A DNA stretch of 55,539 bases from an uncultured virus (IMG/VR IMGVR_UViG_3300010361_000001) (taxonomy: Duplodnaviria; Heunggongvirae; Uroviricota; Caudoviricetes). The notes beneath the pieces were generated by a model. That model saw only the letters and a program-made list of their open reading frames with translations, was not told where the DNA came from and ran no database searches. Position 1 is the first letter of the stretch. Each line of letters opens with the position of its first letter. Made by a program: the position numbers and the translations under genes. Below, piece after piece: positions 17,681 to 29,400 of this stretch. The stretch lies in IMG/VR virus record IMGVR_UViG_3300010361_000001, one strand, 5' to 3'.

Positions 17681-18853
17681 GTGTCGGACGTGCAGCAGTC
17701 GAGCGAAAGCGGGATGGCGGTCCTAGCGACCACCACCTCACCGGCCACCACCAAGGTCTCAGGGCTTCCCAACCCCTACGACATCACGGCAGGGACGCCG
17801 GGGCAGTACCCCGACACCGACCAGGGACTCCCCTATCCACCTGTCAATCCCTCTTCGACACAGAGGATCGCACAGATGGCGAGGCTGCGTCTTCGGGATC
17901 TGCCCCGGCCCTTCCTGGCCCGTCAGACCTGCTCAGGGGCTGCCTGGCGCTTCGAGCTTCCCGTCGAGAACGTGTCGGCCCCCAATCTCCAGGTAGTCCT
18001 CACCGACACGAGCCAGGGAGGTACTACGGCCCTGGTCCTGGGTACTGACTACGTGCTGGACGAACACGGGGGCACCCTGGTCTTCAACACCGCTCCCCCT
18101 GGGGGGCTGCTCATGGTGGCGCAGGGCACCTACTACCGGGATTATCTCCCAGCCGAGATGGATCTCTACGTGAGGACCGCCTACATCCAGCACACCTACG
18201 GGGAGCAGCCTGCGGGTGAGGTTGACACCGGGTACCCGCCACCACCAGGGCCTCCACCCCTGGGCACGACCGGCCAGCCAGTCGCCTATGGCTCTCCGGC
18301 ACCCATGATGGTCAACGAAGTCGAGGAGTACCCGATCTCCATCCTGGTCACCATCATGGCCCTGTGGGACATGGCAGTGGGGCTGGCGCAGCAGCATGAC
18401 GTCCACACACCAGATGGCGTCACCATCCCACTGAGTCAGACCTTCAACCAAGTCACGTCCATGATCGGCCAGCTTCAGCAGCAGTACCTCGCGCTGTCCA
18501 GTGCTTTGGGAGTGGGCCTGTACCGGATCACCCAGTCGAGGCTGCGTCGGGTCTCTCGGACTACCAAGCGGCTCGTTCCCATCTACCGCCCCCAGGAATA
18601 CGACAACCTCGTTTGGCCCCAGCGGGAGATGCCACCCGTCGATGTGGTGCAGCAGATGTACACCTACCAGGGAACCTGGGACTCCACTCGGCCTTATCAG
18701 AAAAACGACCTCATCGACTACGAGAGTCGGCGCTACCTCTGTCTCCAGCCCCATACCAACATCGACCCCACCAGGGATGTAGATCCGACTACCGGCAGTG
18801 GATACTACTGGGCCTGGTCCACCATCAATACCGGCTGGGTGGGGTGGTGGTGA
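17681..18853 (+). CDS. Putative head-tail adaptor/neck protein with C-terminal CBM5/12-like module
   Basis: RLRLRD...LRRVSRTTKRLVPIY. C-terminal WDSTRPYQKNDLIDYESRRYLCLQPH. Confidence 0.6.
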   Translation: MSDVQQSSESGMAVLATTTSPATTKVSGLPNPYDITAGTPGQYPDTDQGLPYPPVNPSSTQRIAQMARLRLRDLPRPFLARQTCSGAAWRFELPVENVSAPNLQVVLTDTSQGGTTALVLGTDYVLDEHGGTLVFNTAPPGGLLMVAQGTYYRDYLPAEMDLYVRTAYIQHTYGEQPAGEVDTGYPPPPGPPPLGTTGQPVAYGSPAPMMVNEVEEYPISILVTIMALWDMAVGLAQQHDVHTPDGVTIPLSQTFNQVTSMIGQLQQQYLALSSALGVGLYRITQSRLRRVSRTTKRLVPIYRPQEYDNLVWPQREMPPVDVVQQMYTYQGTWDSTRPYQKNDLIDYESRRYLCLQPHTNIDPTRDVDPTTGSGYYWAWSTINTGWVGWW

Positions 18854-18854
18854 G

Positions 18855-19553
18855 GTGCCACGTACGCGTCAACGCCGGGTCTCGGATGAAGAGGATGAGG
18901 AATATCCGGACATCCCGCCGACGCCGAGAAGGTATCTCAACAGCACCCAGTTCGCTGGGACCGCTGCCGGTGTCCATCCACACCAGCTAGCCATCCCCGG
19001 CATGGAACACATGTCACATCCCTGGGCCAAGCACCTGGCGCGTGGCTTCATGCTCGACTTCTCCTCCTCCAGGCACACCCACACCCTGAGGGCCATGGAT
19101 GTGGAAGGGTCTGACCCCCGATACGGGCCGGATGAAGCGGCGGAACTGAACTGGGAGAGGGCACACAGCCATGTGCCGGGCGAGATCTCCCATGTGGTCA
19201 ACTACCAGGCTGGTGGCCGGGAGATTCACGGGACGGGCGTAGCCAAGGGCCTGGCCGGTGCGCTCCTGAAGTCAGCCCACCACTGGAACTTCGGCCAGGA
19301 GACCCTGCCCATCCACTCCCCGCTCCGTACCGCAGCCGGGGAGCATTTCGCCACCAAGTACCGCCCCGATCTCAAGCCAGACGTGTTGCGCCCCGCTGAC
19401 AGGGGTGGGAGTCATGTCGAGCGCCGGGTCAGGGACAAGCCTGAGTGGGAGGAGCCGGAGTGGCCCAACGTGGGTGAGCGGTTCCATCCCTTCCAGCAGG
19501 AGGTGGAGAAGCACCATCCGAAGCAGGCCAAAGGACAGGGGACACTCTTCTAA
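18855..19553 (+). CDS. GNAT-like protein with C-terminal QGTLF
   Basis: GEISHV...GVAKGLAGALL..A...PIHSPLRTAAG resembles phage GNAT folds, with a degenerate acetyl-CoA loop. Confidence 0.55.
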   Translation: MPRTRQRRVSDEEDEEYPDIPPTPRRYLNSTQFAGTAAGVHPHQLAIPGMEHMSHPWAKHLARGFMLDFSSSRHTHTLRAMDVEGSDPRYGPDEAAELNWERAHSHVPGEISHVVNYQAGGREIHGTGVAKGLAGALLKSAHHWNFGQETLPIHSPLRTAAGEHFATKYRPDLKPDVLRPADRGGSHVERRVRDKPEWEEPEWPNVGERFHPFQQEVEKHHPKQAKGQGTLF

Positions 19554-20059
19554 TGCCCATCTACGCCGCCGCCTGGGAGAGCAAGAACCAGATGCTCCGC
19601 ATGAACGAGACCATGCGGAACTACCAGCGCTACTGGGGCGAGAACGTGCTGTGGTCTGAGTACAACGCCATGTCCTCCTCCAAGAACAACGTCTACGACG
19701 AGGGGCCGTCGAGGGCCTGGTACCCACCCATCGTGCTGCCGGTGATGTTCCTGGACTTTCGCCAGGACGATCCCATCGACACAGAGGAGGGCTTCTACGT
19801 CCTGTCGACAGCGAGCGTGTGCTTCCAGGTGACTGAGGCCAACGATCGGTTCCGAGTTAGCCCCGCCAACACGGCGGCTCACTTCCGGGATCGCTTCAGC
19901 TACGACAACATCGTGTACCGGGTGACCAAGTACGAGAAGCAAGGTTTCGTCCACGGTCAGTACCTCACCATCTCCGCTCTAGGGGAGCAGGTAAAGGCCG
20001 AAGAGGTGGTTAATGACGTCCAGCAGCAGGACTTCTTCGTCCAGCAGATGGTGTGGTGA
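19553..20059 (+). CDS. Putative head-closure/neck protein
   Basis: YDEG...EGFY...DRFSYDNIVYRV; beta-rich and in the neck block. Confidence 0.55.
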   Translation: MPIYAAAWESKNQMLRMNETMRNYQRYWGENVLWSEYNAMSSSKNNVYDEGPSRAWYPPIVLPVMFLDFRQDDPIDTEEGFYVLSTASVCFQVTEANDRFRVSPANTAAHFRDRFSYDNIVYRVTKYEKQGFVHGQYLTISALGEQVKAEEVVNDVQQQDFFVQQMVW

Positions 20060-20508
20060 TGACTAGCTCCTACGACTTCTACCTGGACTCCGGGGCCGAC
20101 TGGCAGAAGGTCATCCGGATGCGAGACAGCAACACCGGCAACTTGGTCGCACTCCTGAGCGCCGTCATGGAGATCCGCAACCAGAACAATGTCCTGGTGC
20201 TACGGCTGGACGCGCCCAGCGGGCGCTGCCTCATCCTGGAGGACGGCGCCAGCATCCAGCTACACATCACCAGCAACGAGAGCCTCCAGTACTTCCAGTG
20301 GGGCAACTTCCCTGGCTCTGTCCAGGCCGTGGGCTACTGGGGCATCGGGCGCAGCTACCTCTATGACATGTTCGTGACCTACGTCAACGGACCTACCGAC
20401 CGGCTCCTGCGTGGCTTCTTCTACGTCGACCCCAACATCACTGAGCCGTACAACGCTGGTCTCAACCCGATGCTCGCCATCGGACAACGAGGGAGCTACC
20501 CGCAATGA
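20059..20508 (+). CDS. Virion structural protein (BppU/LtfC-like Ig fold)
   Basis: GADW...MEIR...YLYDMFVT...RLLRG.F.V.P pattern. Confidence 0.6.
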   Translation: MTSSYDFYLDSGADWQKVIRMRDSNTGNLVALLSAVMEIRNQNNVLVLRLDAPSGRCLILEDGASIQLHITSNESLQYFQWGNFPGSVQAVGYWGIGRSYLYDMFVTYVNGPTDRLLRGFFYVDPNITEPYNAGLNPMLAIGQRGSYPQ

Positions 20509-21293
20509 GTGACGTCATCGTCGTCAACCCAGCCCCTGACGTCATCGAGATCCTGACACCAGGATTACCAGGGCCTCCCGGCCCGGTCGGACCTACCGGT
20601 GGTGAGGGAGTCCAGGGAATCCCAGGCCCACGGGGCGACGTCGGCCCAGCAGGAGTTCAAGGGCCTCCAGGCGGGTGGAACATCGCCGGAGTAGTGCCCA
20701 ACCAGAGCTACCTGCCAGCCATCCCAGCCGATGATCAGATGGGCATGGTCTGGCTTGTCGGGATCAGCGACTACGTGGTTTATTTCTACGACACACAGAC
20801 GGGCTGGATGACCCTGGACATGGTGCCTGGACCTCAGGGGCCTCCGGGCCAACCGGGTGGCATGGGCTTCCAGGGCGGGCAAGGGGTGCCGGGGCCTGCT
20901 GGACCTCAAGGAGCCACAGGGCCACCGGGACCGCCCGGAAGTATGGGCACTCTGACACGTCCCTCATGGCAGCCGCTGCTGACCTTGGTCTCACCCTGGA
21001 GCGTTACTCCAGGCTCAACATTGCAGTTCATGGTGGACGCGTGGGGTCGATGCCAGCTACAAGGACAGATTTATTTCCAGGGTGGAAACCCTACAGACGA
21101 CTCGCTGATTATGACCTGCCCTCCCAACACGGCACCCTCCCAGGACTTCCATCTGGTGACCCTGGAGAACGTCATCCCGGCACGGGTGTACAGGGTGGAC
21201 GTGCAAGCCGATGGCAATATCTATCTACGGTTCCCTGCATTGAACACCACGGGACAGTTGTACCTCGACAGCATCAGTTGGATCGTCGCCTAA
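20505..21293 (+). CDS. Collagen-like minor tail/fibre protein
   Basis: Two GXY runs followed by a beta-rich C-terminal domain. Confidence 0.8.
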   Translation: MSDVIVVNPAPDVIEILTPGLPGPPGPVGPTGGEGVQGIPGPRGDVGPAGVQGPPGGWNIAGVVPNQSYLPAIPADDQMGMVWLVGISDYVVYFYDTQTGWMTLDMVPGPQGPPGQPGGMGFQGGQGVPGPAGPQGATGPPGPPGSMGTLTRPSWQPLLTLVSPWSVTPGSTLQFMVDAWGRCQLQGQIYFQGGNPTDDSLIMTCPPNTAPSQDFHLVTLENVIPARVYRVDVQADGNIYLRFPALNTTGQLYLDSISWIVA

Positions 21294-21310
21294 TCCTAAG
21301 GAGTTAAACC

Positions 21311-21520
21311 ATGACCGATCTTCCCGCCGACGCACCGGCACCCGACCAGACACCCACCAACGCACCAGGCGAGCCGTCCACTGAGGACGCAGCCAAGCCA
21401 GCCGAGACCCCCGCCCCTGCCGAGTACGACCCAGGTACGGGCGAGCAACTCACTCCTCCTGACGTGGTCGAAGAAGAGGCTGCGGAGCCTGAGGAGGCAG
21501 AGCCGGATGCCGGATCCTGA
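21311..21520 (+). CDS. Small acidic Pro/Glu-rich protein
   Basis: AAGGAG RBS; low complexity. Confidence 0.6.
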   Translation: MTDLPADAPAPDQTPTNAPGEPSTEDAAKPAETPAPAEYDPGTGEQLTPPDVVEEEAAEPEEAEPDAGS

Positions 21521-21695
21521 GGACCAGGAAGTAGAAGAGGAACACCAAGAGGTCGAACCTTCACCAACACCGGACCACGAACCAGCGGATCCTCATCAGG
21601 TTCCATTGGATGACGACGAGGACTCCAAGTTCCTAGAGAGGGGCGACCGCCGTCGCGAGGCAGCGGAGCGCAGGCTCAGTCGGAGAGGTGACTAA
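21507..21695 (+). CDS. Small acidic protein
   Basis: GAGGAGG upstream; TAATG coupling to the endolysin. Confidence 0.55.
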   Translation: MPDPEDQEVEEEHQEVEPSPTPDHEPADPHQVPLDDDEDSKFLERGDRRREAAERRLSRRGD

Positions 21696-22540
21696 TGGCG
21701 CTCAATCGCGTCTGGATCCCATCCCCTAACTACTCCAGCCGTGGTGGGTCTGGAGTCAGGTTGATCGTCTTGCATACGGCTGAGGGCAGCCGTACGTACC
21801 AGTCACTCGGCTCGTATTTCGGGTCTTCTTCCAGCCAAGTGAGTAGCCATGTTGGGATTGACGATACGGCTAACACCGTGGGTGAGTACGTCAGCCGGAG
21901 CAACAAGGCGTGGACGGCTGCCAACGCCAACCCCGTCGCTGTTCAGGCGGAACTCTGTGCCTTTGCCGCCTGGGACAACGCCGAGTGGCACAGGCACCCC
22001 AACATGCTTACCAACACTGCTACATGGATTCGCGAGGAAGCCTCAGCCTTTGGCATCCCCATGGTACGGCTCACCCCCCAGCAAGCTCAGGGAGGAGGAC
22101 GAGGGATATGTCAACACGTTGATCTCGGAAGTTGGGGCGGCGGGCATGTTGACTGTGGCACTGCCTTCCCCATGGACGAGGTCATCGCCCAAGCCGGAGG
22201 ATCAAGCCCGACACCTCCAACCCCGACACCCACTCCTCCCCCTGCCGGAAAAGCCCCACCCTTCCCCCTCCCATCCGGTTACTACTACGGCCCAGCTTCA
22301 GGGCCTACTGAGTCAGTGTCCGGTCAATACCCACCCTACGGTGGGCCGAACGGAGCGGCCGGATTGAAGCAGTGGCAGGGCCAGATGGCAGCCAGGGGCT
22401 GGACGATCAGCGCTGATGGCTTCTATGGAAATCAGACCGCTGGAGTAGCTCGCCAGTTCCAACAGGAGAAGGGTCTCTCGGTGGATGGCCTTATCGGGAT
22501 TTCGACTTGGAACACGGCCTGGACCGCACCTGTGACGTGA
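21695..22540 (+). CDS. Endolysin: N-acetylmuramoyl-L-alanine amidase (Amidase_2) plus PG-binding domain
   Basis: SPNYSSR..IVLHTAEG..SSH..E..GHVDCG; Pro-rich linker; ADGFYG..FQQEKGLSVDGLIG. Confidence 0.92.
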   Translation: MALNRVWIPSPNYSSRGGSGVRLIVLHTAEGSRTYQSLGSYFGSSSSQVSSHVGIDDTANTVGEYVSRSNKAWTAANANPVAVQAELCAFAAWDNAEWHRHPNMLTNTATWIREEASAFGIPMVRLTPQQAQGGGRGICQHVDLGSWGGGHVDCGTAFPMDEVIAQAGGSSPTPPTPTPTPPPAGKAPPFPLPSGYYYGPASGPTESVSGQYPPYGGPNGAAGLKQWQGQMAARGWTISADGFYGNQTAGVARQFQQEKGLSVDGLIGISTWNTAWTAPVT

Positions 22541-22541
22541 C

Positions 22542-23415
<874 letters not shown>

Positions 23416-23416
23416 G

Positions 23417-26400
23417 CTACTCGCTGTCACTGACCAGGCGCGTGGTGAAGATGTCGTCCATGTAGCCGGTGGCGCCCACCATGATCGGGTCTTGTCCCTC
23501 CAGGGCCTGGATCTGATCGAAGAGGCTGGGAGCCTTCCTTCGCACGTCGGCGTCCACCGTCAGCTTGGCCGACACGCTCATCATGACCTGGGCGTAGTGG
23601 TACACCCCCACATCCACTTCCATGTCGGTGGTGGCCGAGAATCCTGGGGCCACGCCGATGATCATCCGAGCGGTGATATTCAGAGATGTTACTGCCACGA
23701 AGTGGATGGTCGCTGTTACCTGGGGGATGACTTGCAGGGAGGCAGTCCCGGACATGCTCACCTGGCCCTGGATGATGCTCCAGGAGCGGGCCACCATGGT
23801 CAGCCCTGCCGTTGCAGCCATGCTGACCACACCCAGGGCTTGGTAGGTCATGGTCAGGGAGGCCGTGACGTTGAAGCTGACCACAGCGTTCTGCTGGACG
23901 TGGACGTTGGTCAGGCTGAGCGTGCTGACCGGCAGCATGCTCACCGTTGACACAGCGATGCGGAGGGCCGTGGCCGTGAGGGTGCCGGTGCCGACAAGGT
24001 TGACCGAAGCAAGCTCTGCCACACCCGCTGCCACCGACAGGCTCGTAATGGCTACTCCGGCGAAGCTAGCGACCTCCTGAACGGCCACCGTTAAGGCCAG
24101 GGAAGCCGTTGAAGCCATGGTCACGAAGCCATAGACGATGGGCGTCACCGACAGGTGGGCCGTAGCTGCCATGGAGACCGACGCAAGCTCTGTCACCAGC
24201 GGCGCCACCGTCAGAGAGCCGGTGCCCGACATCGCAACGACCGCAACGCGTGCCACCGTCGCAGCCACCGTGAGGCTGGACACGGGCACCAGGGCAACGG
24301 ACGCGTTCTCTTGGGTGGTCCCGGCTGTAGTCAGCGTGGTAGTAGCACTGAGGGAGACGCTGGCCTGCTCGACGGTCAGGCCACCTACCGTCATGCTGGC
24401 CGTCGCCCCGTACGGTGAGAGAACCTGGGCGCTGTCGACGTAGTGGACTTCACCTATGGCACTGGCAGCACTGTTGTTGCGCCAGTACACCGCCACATAG
24501 ACAGCACCAGCCGGAGCCACCATTGAGACCGTAGAAAACTGCCAGGTACTGCTGGACTCAGCCACCACACTGCCGAAGGCAGAGCCGACCACCGTGCTGC
24601 CGTTCGCAGCGAAGAAGAGAATCTCAGACTGAACATTGCGAAGATTGGCCCCGCCCATGACCCACATGGAAGCGGTGTAAGTCTGGCCGGGAGTGGCTCC
24701 GTAGTAGGACCACCCACAAGAGGCTGAGCCTCCAGCGGTAGTCGTAGCAGTGATCGCCAAGCAGTAGCTGCCATTGTGCGCTGTGACGGCGTTGGTTCGG
24801 GCCACCGTGTTGTTCTGACCACCCCAGGTGAAGCCCACCCCCGTCTCAAACTCCGAGTCGGCGGCACTCAGGACGTTGGTACCGACGATGGCGTTTTCCT
24901 GGACCGACGTCGCCACCGTCAGACCAGCGGTGGCAGCCATAGCTACCGGACTGAACTGGACCTGGGCACCGAAGACGTTGAGGGTGGTCTGCCCGTTCAT
25001 CGCCACAGAGGCGATCTCTGTGACGGCACTACCCACCGTCAGGGTGGTCCCTGGGGTCATGTTGACCGTGCCGAACCAGAACCCGGCCAGGGACGCGATC
25101 AAGCCAGCCGACCCGGACATCGCCACCGTGGCGTTCTCCTGGGTCATACCAGCAGCGGTCAGGGTGCCCGTGCCCGACAGCGAGATGGTGAAGACGTAGG
25201 TCTCCACCCCGGTGGCAGTCAGGGTGGTGACCGGGGTCATGGTGACAGCGCTGGGCACTATCCGGGTGCCGGTGACCGTCAGGGCAGCCACCCCGGTCTG
25301 CGTGATCGAGGCGTTCTGTTGGACTTGTCCAGCCATGCTGGCCGACGCACTGGCCGACATGGCGACCGACGCCACCTCGATGACGATGAACGTCCCCACC
25401 GTCAAGTTGGTGAGCGAGGCCATGGTGACCGTGCCAGCCGTGAACCCGGCCAGAGAGGCGACCAAGTTCCCCGTGCCAGCCATGGAGACAGCGGCGTACT
25501 GCTGGACCATGGCACCGGCTACAAGGCCACCTGTGCCCACCAAGGGGACGGTGGCGAACTGGGTGCGGCCACCAGTCACCGTCAGCCCTGCGGTCCCTGA
25601 GAGGCCCACAGAGGCCACCTCAGTGACCAGGCTGGTGGTGACACTCAGGGTGGAGTTAGCCGGTCCCAGGGCCACCGAAGCCAGCCAGGTGATGAACCCA
25701 GCCACCGTCGCCGTGCTGGTGGCAGCCATGGAAACTGAGGCGACTTGGGTGACGGCGCCCGTCGAGGCCACCGTCATCCCAGCCGTACCCGACAAGGCGA
25801 CTGTGCCGAACTGCTGACCGGTGGTGGAGAGATTGAGCGAAGCCCCACCAGCCAGGGTGACGTTGGCTAGCTGCTTGACCGATGCCGCCACCGTCATGCC
25901 AGAGGTGGCTGACTGGGCTACCGACGCGACCTCTATGGGCGCACCGGCAACCGTCAAAGACGCTACCGCCCCAGGGGCCTGCTGAGCTACGACCGTATCG
26001 ACGTAGTGGACCTCACTGGTCGCTGTGGCGAGGACCATGACGAAGCAAGCCACGTAGGCCGTGTTGGCGGGAGAGGTCCAGGTTTGAGAGCCTTGGGTCC
26101 AACCAGTAGTGGTGTCGTTGATGTAAACGGAGCCACCGGAGAACAACTGGTTGCCAGCGCTGTCATAGAAGTTGATGCCGATGGATACCTGGCGACCAGT
26201 GGCAGCCGCCCGGACGTAGGCGGTCACGGTGTAGTTCTGGAACGGCACTGCTGGGGCAGCCGAAGCCCCAGTGTGGGCGCTGACGGCTGTGATGTTGCCA
26301 CCGGACGTCGAAGTGAGAGCCAGGCTGTGAGTGCCGGTGTTGGCCTGAGCGGTGGAGGTGGCGATGGTGGTACCCGTCAGTGCGGTCCAACCCCCGACAC

Positions 26401-29400
26401 TGGCCTCAAAGTCACTGGCGTCACCAGTGAGCAGGTTGCCGGTGACGGGGCCGTAGGCCGTGACTGGAGGCGGCAGGTTGAAGTTGTCGAAGGTGGCGGT
26501 CTGCGCCGGAAGGCCAGAGGAGGTCTGCGAGTCAAACTGGATGACGGGCTGCAAATACTGAGGCGGGTAGATCCAGGTGGTGTCGGGGACACTGACAAAG
26601 TTCGACCAGATGTTGCCGTTGGCGCTGTAGTCGAAGTAGGTGGTCCCGGCATGCTCCCGGATCCGCAGCCATTGGTAGGTGGTGGCAACGTAGGCCACGC
26701 GCCCGTTCACTGCTCCAGTTTGATCAACCCAACCAATCTGATTGTTTTGGATCCACCAGCCGAAGTCGTTGCCGTCCTGGTCATACAGCAGAATGGTGAC
26801 CAGAACTTGATGACTGGAGTCGGTCTGGACCCCAGCGTTGCTCACCTGTACAACGGCATAGCTCTCGGTCAGGTCGTAGTAGGTGCCATTCGGCGCAGTG
26901 CCCGTGGAACCGGCATAGACCAGTCCACCATTACCCACAGGTGACCCGGCTGGGAGGCTGATGGTCAGGTTGCCACCGGAGTTAGCAACAGTTCCACCAC
27001 TGGTGGACACGATCCATTTGTTGGTATCCGGAGTGCCTGCTGTAGCGAAGGCGTCTTGAAGCACTGCCATCTTCTGAGCGGCGATCAGGACAGCACTGCC
27101 AAGCGTCAAGCCCGCCGTGGCTGACACTGAGACGGCAGCGATCTCCCGGACAATGGCACCCACCGTCATGCCAGAGGTGCCCACCATACCGATGGCGCCA
27201 GCGGCACCACCGATGTAGATACGGGAGGGCGAGAAGCTGTACCGGCGTCCGGTGATCTGCTGACCGACCACGGTCATGGAGGTGGTCCCCACCAAGTCGG
27301 CCCGGTAGGAGAGCGACACGTTGATACCGGTGGACGCGCTCATGGCTACCGCAGCCGGGATGGTCTGTATGGAGCCGATGGTCATGCCGGTACTACCGGA
27401 CATGGGGACCACACCCTGCTCAGTGGTGATCCCGGCGACGTTCATGGCGGTACTACCACTCAGGAGAAGGGTGGCGTTCTCCTGGACCTTGGCCCCAATG
27501 GTCATCGTGGTAGCACCGTTGAGTGTCGCCCCAATAGCCGGGGTGGCGGTCAGACCAGCAACTGCTCCGGCTGACTGAGAGAAGCTCACTGAGTCGAGGT
27601 AGTGAACCTCACCAGCACCGGCTGGGCTGAAGACATTGAGACTGACACTGAGGTAGGCGGCATTAGGTGGCGATGCCATACCGATAGCGGAGACCATCGT
27701 CCAACCCGTGGTGGTGTCGGTGACACCAGCACTGGAGCCGCCCCAACCACTGATGTAGACACTGCCACTGGTGAGGAAGGAGATATTCCAAGAGCAAGCT
27801 CGCCCAACAGTGGCAGCCCGAACGTATCCAGCAATGTTGTAGTTCTGGCCTCCACCTCCAGCAGGGAGGGCGACCTTGATAGGCCCGATAGAGCAAGTCG
27901 ATGTCGAGGTGCTGGTGATCTGAAGACTGCCATACCCAGCACGGGCCTGGGCCGTGGTCTGCGCCAAGGTACAACTAACAGCACCCCAGTCACCGGTCAG
28001 AGCGGTCTCAAACTCACTGTCGGCAGCGGAGACAAGGTTGGGACCGGGGGCGAAGGTGGTGATCCCAGGCGGCAGGTTGAAGTTGTCGACCGATGCCGTC
28101 GACGCGATGTAGGTGCCCTCACAGACGAGGTCCAGCATGAAGTTAAGCTGCGTACCGGTATTACCAGGGAAGACCGTGGACGTGACTGCCGTGGTGAAGT
28201 TGGTCCAGGCATTGCCATTGGGGCTGTAGTCGTAGTAGATCGTGCCCCCGGCCTCTCGGATCCGCAGCCACTGCATGGCAATGGGATCCCAGTTGGGGCC
28301 GACTCCTCCCACTGTCACAGCCAGACCGGAGGGAGACCCGGCCTTCGTTGCCACGATCATCCCAGCCTGGAGGCTCGTACCTCCCGCATAGCAGCGGAAG
28401 TCGAACTGGATGACGTTGGTGGTGGAGTTGCCAGCCGTGATCCCAGCTAGCTGAAGAATGCAGGAACTACCAATAAGGCAGACTCCACCTGACTGGTTGG
28501 TGACGATGTTGGGACCACTACCATTGGCCGCACCAGCGTTCAGGGTGAGGACCAGTGACCCGCCGACATTGGCGACACTGCCACTGGAGGAGGCGCCCCA
28601 GGTACCGGGGGTCCACTTGGTGGGGTCAGGTGTACCCGCCGTAGCGAAGGCGTCGGTGATCGCTGAGATCAAGGTGGGGATGATGTTCAGGTTGGCGAAC
28701 TGACAGGAGGTGGCCGACGTCTCACTGTTGTATGTCCCCGCCTGGACCCACACACCGAGACCGTTGATGTGGGCGATGTCTGGAGTGCTGGTGTAGTTGG
28801 TCCAGTTGTTCCCATTGGGACTGGTGTCAAAGTAGATCGTGCCAGCCGACTCACGAACCCTGAAGAAGGCGTGGTTGTACGCGCTGTAGGCTGTGTATCC
28901 ACCGATCTGAGAGCGGACACCGTTGACCCACTGCCATGTTGAAATGCTGCCCTGACTGATCAGCCAAAAGACGGCGTTCTTGCCCCCAGTGTTGTAGGTC
29001 TCATCGGTGAGGTAGAGGGGGTACACCTCTAGTGAGGTCAGGGCCTGATTTCCTGCGCTGAGGCAGTTGATCGAGATCGCGTTGTTGGTCAGGTTCCAGT
29101 AGTTGTAGGCGTAGTTGGCGTAGGTGGAGTAAAGCTGATGGTACGCAGTGCTGCTGGCGGGCAAGGTGATCTGAAGCACGTAGGGGTAGCCCGGACCCTG
29201 GACAGTCGCCACGTTGGTGTCACTGACGGTCCACTTGGTGGTATCCACCCCACCGGTTTGGGCGAAGCCGTCTTGCAGATAGTTGATGGGCAGCGTGCCG
29301 GTGAGGCCCATCCCCGACGAGCCGCTCATGGCGACAGCACCGACGTCGACCGGTGTACTGATCGACTTGAACGACACCAGTTTGCCGGTGATGGTGCTGA

